DNA from: a virus
Taxonomy: Duplodnaviria > Caudoviricetes
IMG/VR virus record: IMGVR_UViG_3300032360_000035
Span: 1 to 30,113 of that record
Length of the DNA: 30,113 bases
Reading direction: 5' to 3' (one strand)
The notes under the pieces were generated by a model, which made no database searches, was not told the DNA's origin, and saw only the letters and a program-made list of their open reading frames with translations. Shown one piece after another: positions 9,701 through 18,490 of the stretch. The position numbers were made by a program, and so were the translations under genes. How positions within the stretch are numbered: the first letter of the stretch is position 1; each line of letters starts with the position of its first letter.

Positions 9701-10284
9701 GTAAAGCCAATCTCCCGAGTCATTGTGATATCGGCGAGTAATTCGTTTGTTGCGTGAATAGAATAACCAGAGTTGGCAGCGCCAGAAGTATACTGGGCTA
9801 GATTTTCCAGTATATCATTTAGTGCTTGGGCGATAATTGCATCTTGTGCCAGGACGTGAAGTGTATAATCAGCCTGCAATTGAGTCATCGTAGTTGTTAC
9901 GTTGTTCTCAAGAGTATTAGCGTGATTAGACAGGACGTTTCCTGCATCATTAGCCCAAGGTACGAATGTAGTATTTACGAAACCCTGAACTTCATCGTTC
10001 ATATAGGTTTCTACAGCATTCATTGCCGTATTGGTACGGACAACCACCTCATTTTTGAAGGTATTCTGTTGATTTTCTAAAGGAGCGGAAATATTATCAT
10101 TGAGCCAGGTCTTCATTGAAGTCGCCATAGCGTTCAATTTAGTCGGTATCATTACCGCCGGCGTATTTGTATATATTTCTACTTCTTCGGTAAACGCCGA
10201 AACATCGATACTATCAAATGTAATATCTGGTATGTCATTAAACGGGTCAACCGCAGTAGTTATGCTTGATAGTGTTACGGACAT
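6706..10284 (-). CDS. Large virion structural / tail fibre-like mosaic protein
   Basis: 1192 aa. N-terminal helical/coiled-coil segment; many V-x-V-xx-GG-x-GY repeats typical of T4-like cyanophage baseplate/fibre proteins; one HxH module, one cupredoxin-like fold and one Cys-Trp unit; preceded by late promoters. Confidence 0.7.
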   Translation of the reverse strand: MSVTLSSITTAVDPFNDIPDITFDSIDVSAFTEEVEIYTNTPAVMIPTKLNAMATSMKTWLNDNISAPLENQQNTFKNEVVVRTNTAMNAVETYMNDEVQGFVNTTFVPWANDAGNVLSNHANTLENNVTTTMTQLQADYTLHVLAQDAIIAQALNDILENLAQYTSGAANSGYSIHATNELLADITMTREIGFTDYMYNSEGNITFAEEGSNTTHHISYHPSTGAIMSFGETMQIVGEPRPFVQHLKLENEASTGSTSVAKIKAYDAFKNTSGGGVHSFRVSGHEVNGDPAVELTILNNTSVPDVDNPELILRRGVDAAIMFGNIDAGDYIKITEIDGTTIYNGGVVGQYAEDYDTVLFKPNASYCHDMTSAVTGWGVPASFHASDVDSSGGDHDTPTKCEEYVDSIVALLDDFSRTYEYGIAGESYVGSLSDGLIYKVYINDDSGFIDSYAYTIDANGKQGTGAILNAIYDDGVSDVTITSGGTKFSMNAAARAFDLGAVDVTGSSETKAIATHTLKNGMVDTITVDMGAPGAGYTGYWEVMVEDGGTGHTHTIQLTQTEVNVIKGGGQVTSTTVDAGHTHDQVVGWNDFNNSFYYVSTSGAHNHPIGVATHEVNPLITLSVTTSTGGLADGDVYLTETGELDYVTVTNGGADYVVADTIAISGGAPSVVGTVTMDLVDGGIAGFSVSNAGTGYTDTTAKTVAVIIQNNAFSPSTISANVGDTVTFQNLDIQPHTVTHTDGMFDSGDIPQNATFTYVITKETEITDKYDLYDDNNVGTTATLWVRDNSVYVDMVTTTGGGVRGLATVDSNGNILNIAVDRPGQGYVSGDTVRIIDVSGPGEGAYADIVTDRSIAVVNVTAPGTGYSSDTQVIAIDNTGYPIWDEPHANIIGTSFGSGAILRPVLTTEAVCSDSQYLDETTCLAATETWTTVGEMTGVTVVDGGSNYTDITFVINDPAETGNGATLEADQNNVVTAVNFTARGENYNEPYLLVQDGGGLLGSNLYGGPTVGNGFVGTVGLNNGIGAVTIVEDWQDYEPGYTRVMVIDEHAEPTGYGAEGTATLGVAGNISDVEMTNPGTAYKTPVVLVAGPVIYTGASINNVNTDLALYGPEGNTNGSPFSANNAAGTNYKNGIMIQFENPNGHTLNDSWSFKTMSWTLGTPASLLYTSSRYDGNLENMRGIITLKDVWDV

Positions 10285-10319
10285 TGTATTTTATCTCCAA
10301 AAATTGTATTCTTCTGATA

Positions 10320-10342
10320 TATTTATAATAAAACTATTTATA
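10320..10342 (-). promoter_or_regulatory. Tandem T4-type late promoters (TATAAATA x2)
   Basis: Exact motifs at 10320-10327 and 10335-10342 in the intergenic gap. Confidence 0.75.
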
Positions 10343-10356
10343 AGCATATCGTTTTT

Positions 10357-13300
10357 TTACGGAATCGTTATGCAACTAACTTCTCTGAACGATTGGCCGT
10401 CTGTATGGGTGAGTATTACGTCATATGTACCACTCGCCTGACCAGTAGCATCAAAAGAGATGTTATTGGCATCAATGAATGTAGGAGTATAAGCGCCTGC
10501 TGTTACCCCAGGTATTCCAGTTACTTCTAGCGTTATTGCTGTATTTGGACTTGGCCAGAAGTTGGCTCCAGTTATTGAAAATATTCCAGAACCTTCATCT
10601 GTAACCGTTATAATTCTCAAGTGGTCGGTTACCATAAATGTGGTGGCCATTGTTGCTGTGTCACCGTCAGTATTAGTGATTATTAGTTCTTGTGCTCCAA
10701 GTGGAGTACTGTCAGCCAATGTAAAGTTGACCTGTGTCGGTAGATTTAGAGCGCCAGTTTCTTGAACAACTCCGCCTACTGTTATAGTCCACAGTGGGTC
10801 AATACCATCACCATTTAAGATTATTGTATGTCCCGGTATTGCACTTACAACTGTCGGGTCCCAAACTCCTCTGTCTGCTTCACAAAGAACTTGAGTTAAT
10901 TGTATTCCATCTGAACAACTCTCGAACACTTCTTCAGTCCAAGTTCCTCTCGGTGCAATACAAGTTTGTTCAGTAGTATATGATACGTCTGTACAACTGC
11001 CTGGTGTCCAAGTATTATTTGCACTTGTCCAAGTATTTCCTGCATTTGTCCAAGTTCCTGCATTGTTTTCACAAGATACTTGGTCATAGTAAGTTCCGAC
11101 AGAACAAGTACCTGCGGCAAGACATTGTGTTTCATTATTATTGAATGATGGGTCAGAACAAATTCCTTCCGCTAAACATTCTCCTTCATCGGTTATACTT
11201 GTAGCCGAACAAGTTCCTGCAGTCCAAGTTCCCCAAGGTTCTACACAAGTTGGTTCATCTAGATAAATTCCGTTTGAGCAAGATGCGGGTACAGTGTCAG
11301 TCCAAACTCCGTTAGCAGTATGACAGGATACTATATCAGTAAATGCTGGATTAGAACACGATGGGCTGATTGCTAGAACGCCTCTTGCACCAGTTTCAAT
11401 ATCTAAACCAGAAATCATTACAGGCGGATTCAAGATTTCGTTAGAACGCTTGTTAACATCATAGTAATCTTCAATGATAGATTCACCGAATGATTCTATG
11501 TTACGCATTCCTGCTGTTGGTTGTCCAGTATAATCTGCACTTTCCATATCGAGATGAGTTGCATTCCATCTAGATTCTCCACCTATTGGAACCCCGAACA
11601 CATTCATTGAACGTGCTAAGAGTAGATACTCGTCAGAAGAAAGATTCGGAACAGTCTTGACTGAAATATTATCCCAGTAAGTGAACCCGTTGCCTGTAGT
11701 CGCAATCGTTAAGTATGCAACTCCCGTTACAGGTGCAACAAATATGAAGTCTTTTTCACTAAGCGTATCATTCGCATTTATTACCATCTCTCCGTAACTA
11801 TTTGAATCTGGTGTAGGACCAACTTTAACTATAGAGTCAGTAGGTCTGTCTACACTGAAAGCCACTTTATAATTCATTTCGTCAGTTATTTCAAAATTGA
11901 TATGGGCAATACCTCTTGCTGAAGAACCAACTCCAGATGTATAGATTTGTTGAGTTATTTGGTCAACATACGCGGCTCCACCTTGTTCAGGAGCAAATGT
12001 CCATTTCTCTTCGATTTCTCTTACGGAAACATCATCGATGGCTCCTTCAAAACCAGTTTGAGAGTAATATGGAGGATTCTCTTCTGCACGATTATTATCA
12101 ACATCCGCAACAAAGTGAATGAGAGAATCGTGAGAGCCCGCTCTTACGTGATGGACTACTTCACCTTGATGAACAAGGCCAGTAGAATCATAATCTAGTG
12201 TCGGAATCTCTTCTTCAAATAATTTAATGTGGTCAATGTAACCAGTACCATTCATTCTAACTACTACGTCAGTGACGGATTCACCTAACATATCGAAATG
12301 CTGAATTCCACTTTCTGTGATTGTTGCTTTAACAACACCGTCCATAAGAATTTCAATAGTCGGAGTATTAACAGTTGTGCCTGTATGTGTTATATCTTCG
12401 TGTCCTTCTGGAATAGTTTGACTGATTAGAGTCCAACCACCACCTGCAGACCAACCAAGAGTAAATACGTGAGTATAAGTCTCGGCGTGATACGCATCAG
12501 TCTGTGCGAAAGCCATTGTGCGAGTGTCATCTTCCTGTAACCAATCGGCATCAGCCTGAGTGATTTGGAAAGTATGTGAGTGAGAACCCGTAGGCCCTGG
12601 TCCAACTTGAAAATGTAAAATGTCGTGTGTCTGTAGTTGTGTGGCTAGAGTCACTTCGTAATGACGATTCTTAACAAGAGCATTCGGAACTGTATATGTT
12701 GCAGTACCATTTACTGAAGAACTAAATTCTAGTTTTTCATTATTGATTTGTACATCAACACCACTCGTTGTCCAGTTAACTAGCACTGGGTCAGTAATAT
12801 CAAAGTTCCAGTTTGCAATAAGATGGTCTACATTATTACCAAGTCCGACTCTTAATCGTCCAGTCATTCCATTATCTTCTGGGTCAAGGTCTGATAAGTT
12901 GTATTTAACTTCGTATAGTTTCCCTGCCTCAAAGCCAACAGTCTGATTAATCTGTGATGCGGATGAGATAGAACCATCAATGTATGCTTTACCACCCACT
13001 GAACTCCAACCTTCACCCATATACCAAGCATTCTGACCAGTTACTCGTTCTCTGATTGACACATTGTCAATCTTGCCCATTCCCGTACTTGTCAGTCTGA
13101 ATACTGTAGAGTTTAATGGTGCTACCACTGTTTCAGAATAATGTCCGATTACCGTGTTAGCAGTACCCTCAACAACTGTGTCACCTATGATAGATGCTTT
13201 AATTGTTCCGTTTGGTGCACCAAAGTCATCTTTGAAATCTTCTATGATATCGTATTGAATTTCATAAGTAATTCCGTCAAGAACTGTGCCAGTAACAAGT

Positions 13301-16300
13301 TGCTCAATATGACCAGCAGTAGTATCACTTGTATATGCTGTGCCACCTTGAACCTGCCAGGACCCTGTCTCTGTCCAAACAACTTCTTTGAAAGTTACGT
13401 TGTCTAGAGCAATATCTGACCTATAGCCAATATCTACACTCAAGTAAACTACAGCGTTACCAGTAAAGTTATTTGTAACAAGGAATTGCTCTGAACCAAC
13501 ACCCACAATCATCGAAAGTGGGTCGATATATTGTACCGTTCCAAGTTCGATATTCATTGCTTGAATTTTTGGTATAGCACCTGGTCCAGTTGCTGTTACT
13601 AGATTACCAAGTTGTAATGTGTGGTTTGAAGTTCCTGCTACTGGGAATGCGTATTCAGGTTCTGGCTGTACTTGAAAGTAATCAGGACCTGTTCCGTTAT
13701 CTACAACAATCTTATCTAAGATGTGTAGCGGAGTGTACATATTATCTTGACCGTGATGATAATAAACGTGTATATCTTCGCCAGCATTAACTGTCGGTAG
13801 GTCAATAATATTTAATGTTCCAATCATCGAGGCGTGCCACGCACATTGATAATACAATGTATCTGGCGCCACTGAAGGAACAGTGAATTCGCATATTTCG
13901 TATTTTAATGCCCCTGTGGCATCAGCACCGAAGTTAGAAGAACCTGTATATGTCTGGTCACCAGGGCCTTCTTCTGCCCTTGTTCCCGTTACACCTAATA
14001 GATACTCACCGAAGTAAGCACCCGGAGTAAAGTGAGAACCATCGTCAGTCGTTACGTAGAACGGATGTCCTGCGGCATTAACTCTGAATCGATATGTACC
14101 ACCACGATATAAGTTGATTGTTCGGTTAGTACCTTCAATCATACCTTCTTTGTCAAATTTGTAAAGTCCACCGTCTGCTTCAACCGCATAGTAGCCGTTG
14201 ACTGCTCCTGGTGGAACAAATGGGCCGAAACCAGATACGCCATCAGCGCCTGTTAGGCCGAAATCTTCTGGGATTCTCCAAATAAAGTTTTTAGAGAAGT
14301 TACCAATCCATTGTGACATTCTCCATTGTGGGAGTCCAACGTCATCAAAACCTGGATTTAATGCTTCACAAGTTGCCCAGTCATCGATACCGTTGTAGTA
14401 CCAACCATCTACGTCAATTGCTTCGCACCAACCAGGGAGAGACATACAAACTGGGAATGGCTCGTCTGCTATCCAAGTTCCGGGGTCTTCATCTGTATTG
14501 ACAAAATCATTATAGTCACCTGAATTAATTGTTAATCCGTGATTTGCATTTTTAGAGATACAGTGATAGCCTTCTCCGACTTCGCCTATACCTCTTGTCA
14601 TACCTGCTTGAACTAAGTTATCCCAACCTGCTCCGGGTATTGCTTTAATACCAGCGGCGTGCATATACATTGATGTAGGTGCACCCGTGAATGGGTCAGG
14701 CATTGTGATATGCCCTGATGGGTTCCAAGCGTTATTTAAAAATTCGTAAGTACCACCTCTGAATAAGTCGAATCCACCAACTATACCTTGGTTACCACCA
14801 AATGATTCTGCTTCTGCTTCATCTCTTTGATAAGGGAAGTAAGATATATCACTCTGGTCCCACCAAGTCCAGTACCAAGGCGAGTCTTGTGCGCCTTCTA
14901 CTGTGGTTGTATTCGGGTCTGGGAATGTTAATGATGTTTGTGTATCTACTGTAATATGTAAGTTATCAGTTGGTCCGTAACCATCTCCGAGTGCGACAAC
15001 TGTATGGTTTCTCATTTCACCAGGTAATTCTGATGGCATATACGGTTGTGGGCCTGAAGGTAACTGAACAATATCAGCAACACTTAATCCGTGATTGACT
15101 GATTTGACAGTACGTGGTCGTGACCAGAGCATCTCTACTCCAGTTCCAGCACCTGGGTCACCGAAGTGATTTGTTATGTCTCTTTCGACTTCAAATCTAT
15201 ACGATGCCATATCTGCAACAACTGTGTATGCTTCTTCAACATTGAATGTTGTTGGTGTAGTTCCAGGAGCATTCGCTAAAGGATAAATAACTGTTTCTGT
15301 CAGTACAAAGTGGTCCCAATCGACTATGAAATCTACAAAGTAGTTCGTATTTCCGTGATGGATACCGTTGTAAACATTTTGATAATGTATTTTCTGACCT
15401 GCTTCCAGACCGTGAGAATCACATTCGATTCCACGTTCTTTCTTCACATACCCTACTATGTTTGTGAATGGGTCTGCAATAGATGTAGGATTATTATCAT
15501 CTCCACCCATTGAAAAGTCGTATTGACCGATTGTGAATTGACTTGAACCTGGATACCAGACTCTATCAAAATCGTGAATATGTTGGTCAATTGATATAAT
15601 TAAATAGATATCATCTGCAGGAGTAAGACAACCTAATTCAAGCGTATGGAAATGCTGTGGGTCTGAAGTGCCGTAGTCAGAAGTTCTGATTAATGTGGCA
15701 CCACCCGTAGCACTCCAAGTTCCGTCTTGGTCTTGTGTAACTCCAGTAAGAGGACTTGCTTTAAGCGTTGCTTCATCAGCCAAGTCAATTAAGATTTGAT
15801 GATAATGTCCGAAGTTTGTTAATTCAATATTTGTTCCACCAGATATATCGTAGTAGTTCTCCATACCGTGAGTATGTGAACCTGTCATACCTACAACATA
15901 CAGTCCACCAGCACCAGCGTTTAGGGCTGGGTCCCAATTGAATGTAACAGAGTGAGCGTGAGGTGAGTTTTCACCCGAACCGTCACCGTCCGTGGAAGAC
16001 ATTGAAATTACGTTTGCACCTGTCTGAATTGTGGCATATTCTGCCGTTGTCAATTCTCCAGTATGAATATGTCCGATAACATTAACGTCATCAAAGAATA
16101 CGTCTACTCGTGCATCACCTTTTTGAACTGCGGTGATAATATATTCTTCCCATTGTCTTTCGCCTAAGCCGACTGACCCGTCACCAGAACCATAACCAGT
16201 ACCACCTTGCAGTAGTGTTAGTGCAGTTATAGAACCTGTAATTTCACCCTCTGCAATTGCTTGAACGGTTGCCCCACCACCTATGAAAGAGATTACGGGC

Positions 16301-18048
16301 GGGCCTGTATATTCAGAACCAGCCACTGTTATCGTTATTACATCGATTGCTCCACCGCCAGTGATAGTACAGGTTGCTTCGGCTCGAACCGCTGTTCCAC
16401 CATCTCCAATAAGAGGAGTTGCTGGCACTGAAATTTCTATAGTAGGTGCAGAAGTATATCCGGCACCAATATCTGTGAGTGTAATTGTTTCAAGTGAACC
16501 ATCAAATGTTACTTCACCGACAGCACCTGCGCCATCACCGCCAGTAATGTACATCGTTGGAATTGCTCGATATCCAGAACCACCAGTTAATAGTGTTAGT
16601 GCAGTTACAACACCACCGACAACTGAAACGTCCGCTGTTGCGTCAACCGTTTGTGGGTCATCTCCGCCTTGGAAAATAACATCAACTGGGACTGTCGCAT
16701 TTGGATTAGTTTCAACTGGACCAGACTGGAATGCTACTAAGTCTGTAAGACTCAAGTCGTGGTAAAGTGATTCTACTACGTTTTGGTTACCCGCTCCACC
16801 TAATGAAGTACAAGGCTGAGGCATCGTCAAGTTAATTTTGTATGAGTTACTTAGCGATGGTAGGGCAACATTTGCGCCGTAGTTAATCGGAACTTTAATT
16901 GTATCACCAGGATTTAAACCGTGGTCAATAGAATAAACAAATCTGTGATTTGTGGTCGTTGTCATTCGCCCTTCTTCAAGAGGGTGGAATGTACAGTGAA
17001 AATATAAGTCGTGATATCCGTCTACAACCCAACTCCAATCTTCTCCTGGCTCTAAGTCAGGTGAAGCAAAAGAAATATTGTCATCTGAAACTGCATTGTG
17101 TACTAATATAGAAGTTATAGGGTTATTAAATATAATTGTGTCACCCTCACGTGCCTCAATATGATATGGTACGAGAGTGTGCGTTTGTGTATTCGGGTCG
17201 TTGATTGCGCCACCATCCCAATGTGAGCCTGCGCCTGTACAAGCGGCTTCCATTGCAGTGATTGACGTTAAATATTGTGGTGTATCTACTACCCAAGTTT
17301 CTGAAACGCCTGTACAAGTCGCTTCGTCAGTGATTGAAGGATTGTTAGTACAATAACTACAAGTAGGACGTATAAGAAGTGGGTCTTCCACTACCGAACA
17401 AATGAATACTCTTGGGTCTGGTCCACCACCAACTTCTGAAAATGTTGCTGTGTCTGGAGCCAGCATATCGACCATATTCTGTGCGCCACTGGATAAATCC
17501 CAGTTAACGTCTGCTACTGATAGGTCATATGCGAATTTGTATTGTGTATTTGGTTTTAAAGGAGTCTCGAACCAAGTAAGGGCTTCTTGTAATCCGTCAG
17601 TATATGCTTGAACAATCTGTGTACCTTCAGTAAAGAGAACATCAAATTGGTATGCTATACCGTTCGACCAAGGTCGTGCTAAATCTACTGGTACATCAAA
17701 GCCACTATTCTTGAGCAATTCTGTCTCAAACGCATCTACGGCAAATGAACTATTCTGTACTAGATTAGATGTTTCATATGTAATATCAAGACCACCATTT
17801 GGTATCAATTCCGTCGGAGAGACAAAATCAGCCGAGCGATTTGCTACATTAATTAAAAAGTCTTTATATTCTGGTAGATGCTCTAAATTCTCCATTACCT
17901 CTAGAGACTTGAGCATTAATGCCAAGTCTTTAACTAGAAGGTCGGGAGCATCCAACTTAATATTCAAAGAGTCTAGAAATGCACTCTTCTGTTGCTCGAT
18001 TGTATTCAACTCTGTTAAAGTGAATGTGTGACCTGTATAGTGTGCCAT
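10357..18048 (-). CDS. Giant multidomain virion/tail fibre protein with cupredoxin, His-rich, carbohydrate-binding-like, Cys-Trp repeat and IPT/TIG-like domains
   Basis: 2563 aa uninterrupted ORF. Cupredoxin motifs FHCTFHP and YYQCAWHASMIG; GGxGY repeats; HGL-x2-G-[DQ] motifs; CBM-like beta-sandwiches (NSGFD, NWNFD, LDNVTFKE, IDNVSIRE, WDNISVK); C-terminal ITGANF/GTYDVILT Ig-like (IPT-type) units. Confidence 0.7.
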   Translation of the reverse strand: MAHYTGHTFTLTELNTIEQQKSAFLDSLNIKLDAPDLLVKDLALMLKSLEVMENLEHLPEYKDFLINVANRSADFVSPTELIPNGGLDITYETSNLVQNSSFAVDAFETELLKNSGFDVPVDLARPWSNGIAYQFDVLFTEGTQIVQAYTDGLQEALTWFETPLKPNTQYKFAYDLSVADVNWDLSSGAQNMVDMLAPDTATFSEVGGGPDPRVFICSVVEDPLLIRPTCSYCTNNPSITDEATCTGVSETWVVDTPQYLTSITAMEAACTGAGSHWDGGAINDPNTQTHTLVPYHIEAREGDTIIFNNPITSILVHNAVSDDNISFASPDLEPGEDWSWVVDGYHDLYFHCTFHPLEEGRMTTTTNHRFVYSIDHGLNPGDTIKVPINYGANVALPSLSNSYKINLTMPQPCTSLGGAGNQNVVESLYHDLSLTDLVAFQSGPVETNPNATVPVDVIFQGGDDPQTVDATADVSVVGGVVTALTLLTGGSGYRAIPTMYITGGDGAGAVGEVTFDGSLETITLTDIGAGYTSAPTIEISVPATPLIGDGGTAVRAEATCTITGGGAIDVITITVAGSEYTGPPVISFIGGGATVQAIAEGEITGSITALTLLQGGTGYGSGDGSVGLGERQWEEYIITAVQKGDARVDVFFDDVNVIGHIHTGELTTAEYATIQTGANVISMSSTDGDGSGENSPHAHSVTFNWDPALNAGAGGLYVVGMTGSHTHGMENYYDISGGTNIELTNFGHYHQILIDLADEATLKASPLTGVTQDQDGTWSATGGATLIRTSDYGTSDPQHFHTLELGCLTPADDIYLIISIDQHIHDFDRVWYPGSSQFTIGQYDFSMGGDDNNPTSIADPFTNIVGYVKKERGIECDSHGLEAGQKIHYQNVYNGIHHGNTNYFVDFIVDWDHFVLTETVIYPLANAPGTTPTTFNVEEAYTVVADMASYRFEVERDITNHFGDPGAGTGVEMLWSRPRTVKSVNHGLSVADIVQLPSGPQPYMPSELPGEMRNHTVVALGDGYGPTDNLHITVDTQTSLTFPDPNTTTVEGAQDSPWYWTWWDQSDISYFPYQRDEAEAESFGGNQGIVGGFDLFRGGTYEFLNNAWNPSGHITMPDPFTGAPTSMYMHAAGIKAIPGAGWDNLVQAGMTRGIGEVGEGYHCISKNANHGLTINSGDYNDFVNTDEDPGTWIADEPFPVCMSLPGWCEAIDVDGWYYNGIDDWATCEALNPGFDDVGLPQWRMSQWIGNFSKNFIWRIPEDFGLTGADGVSGFGPFVPPGAVNGYYAVEADGGLYKFDKEGMIEGTNRTINLYRGGTYRFRVNAAGHPFYVTTDDGSHFTPGAYFGEYLLGVTGTRAEEGPGDQTYTGSSNFGADATGALKYEICEFTVPSVAPDTLYYQCAWHASMIGTLNIIDLPTVNAGEDIHVYYHHGQDNMYTPLHILDKIVVDNGTGPDYFQVQPEPEYAFPVAGTSNHTLQLGNLVTATGPGAIPKIQAMNIELGTVQYIDPLSMIVGVGSEQFLVTNNFTGNAVVYLSVDIGYRSDIALDNVTFKEVVWTETGSWQVQGGTAYTSDTTAGHIEQLVTGTVLDGITYEIQYDIIEDFKDDFGAPNGTIKASIIGDTVVEGTANTVIGHYSETVVAPLNSTVFRLTSTGMGKIDNVSIRERVTGQNAWYMGEGWSSVGGKAYIDGSISSASQINQTVGFEAGKLYEVKYNLSDLDPEDNGMTGRLRVGLGNNVDHLIANWNFDITDPVLVNWTTSGVDVQINNEKLEFSSSVNGTATYTVPNALVKNRHYEVTLATQLQTHDILHFQVGPGPTGSHSHTFQITQADADWLQEDDTRTMAFAQTDAYHAETYTHVFTLGWSAGGGWTLISQTIPEGHEDITHTGTTVNTPTIEILMDGVVKATITESGIQHFDMLGESVTDVVVRMNGTGYIDHIKLFEEEIPTLDYDSTGLVHQGEVVHHVRAGSHDSLIHFVADVDNNRAEENPPYYSQTGFEGAIDDVSVREIEEKWTFAPEQGGAAYVDQITQQIYTSGVGSSARGIAHINFEITDEMNYKVAFSVDRPTDSIVKVGPTPDSNSYGEMVINANDTLSEKDFIFVAPVTGVAYLTIATTGNGFTYWDNISVKTVPNLSSDEYLLLARSMNVFGVPIGGESRWNATHLDMESADYTGQPTAGMRNIESFGESIIEDYYDVNKRSNEILNPPVMISGLDIETGARGVLAISPSCSNPAFTDIVSCHTANGVWTDTVPASCSNGIYLDEPTCVEPWGTWTAGTCSATSITDEGECLAEGICSDPSFNNNETQCLAAGTCSVGTYYDQVSCENNAGTWTNAGNTWTSANNTWTPGSCTDVSYTTEQTCIAPRGTWTEEVFESCSDGIQLTQVLCEADRGVWDPTVVSAIPGHTIILNGDGIDPLWTITVGGVVQETGALNLPTQVNFTLADSTPLGAQELIITNTDGDTATMATTFMVTDHLRIITVTDEGSGIFSITGANFWPSPNTAITLEVTGIPGVTAGAYTPTFIDANNISFDATGQASGTYDVILTHTDGQSFREVSCITIP
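11005..11064. repeat. Imperfect ~21-bp tandem repeat (x3) encoding (N/A)G(N)TWT-type units
   Basis: tgtccaagtattatttgcact / tgtccaagtatttcctgcatt / tgtccaagttcctgcatt. Confidence 0.7.
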
Positions 18049-18067
18049 TTATTAATTTCCTATATTT

Positions 18068-18262
18068 TTATTCGGAAGAAACTTCACTCATATAATTCAA
18101 TTGCATAGAGGTGGTGACATAGGGGTCACTTACTCCAAGCATCAGGAATTCTTGCATTCTGACGAAATTGTTCTGTTGCTGAATCATCTGGTTGGTGCGT
18201 TCTCGCCACGTCTTAAAGGTCTCATCCTTTCTTACGTATGGAATTTCGGTTGTGCCTGCCAT
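18068..18262 (-). CDS. Small virion-associated hypothetical protein (64 aa, MAGTTEIPYVRKDETFKTWRERTNQM...)
   Basis: Start reassigned to ATG 18262 (GGAGG RBS, directly after the upstream stop). TFxxWRxxTN resembles N-terminal anchor motifs of T4-like fibre proteins. Confidence 0.6.
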   Translation of the reverse strand: MAGTTEIPYVRKDETFKTWRERTNQMIQQQNNFVRMQEFLMLGVSDPYVTTSMQLNYMSEVSSE

Positions 18263-18263
18263 A

Positions 18264-18479
18264 TTAGTTCTTGCCTCCCTCAATAAAGTCGCTTACCAAC
18301 TTCTTGAGGCTTTTAATTTCGTTCTTCATACTATTTATACTTCGCTTTGAATCCTTCTTCGTCTTTTCTGATAACTTCTGTCGTTCTATCACCTTTTTAC
18401 GTTGGGCATAAGCATCAACATCGGTAAATACTACAGCACCAGTATAGGGGTCTTTTGTGTAGGTTGGTTTTTTAGCCAT
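18264..18479 (-). CDS. Small conserved T4-like hypothetical protein (71 aa, MAKKPTYTKDPYTGAVVFTD..., C-terminal coiled coil)
   Basis: Start reassigned to ATG 18479 after AGGAGAAGGAAG. A KDxxTGAVxxxD motif plus coiled-coil tail resembles the small gene that commonly follows DUF4815 proteins. Confidence 0.65.
   Translation of the reverse strand: MAKKPTYTKDPYTGAVVFTDVDAYAQRKKVIERQKLSEKTKKDSKRSINSMKNEIKSLKKLVSDFIEGGKN
18332..18339 (-). promoter_or_regulatory. Possible intragenic late promoter TATAAATA
   Basis: Exact motif about 70 nt upstream of the 18262 start. It could drive the 64-aa and 2563-aa genes, but it lies inside a CDS. Confidence 0.5.
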
Positions 18480-18490
18480 TCTTCCTTCTC

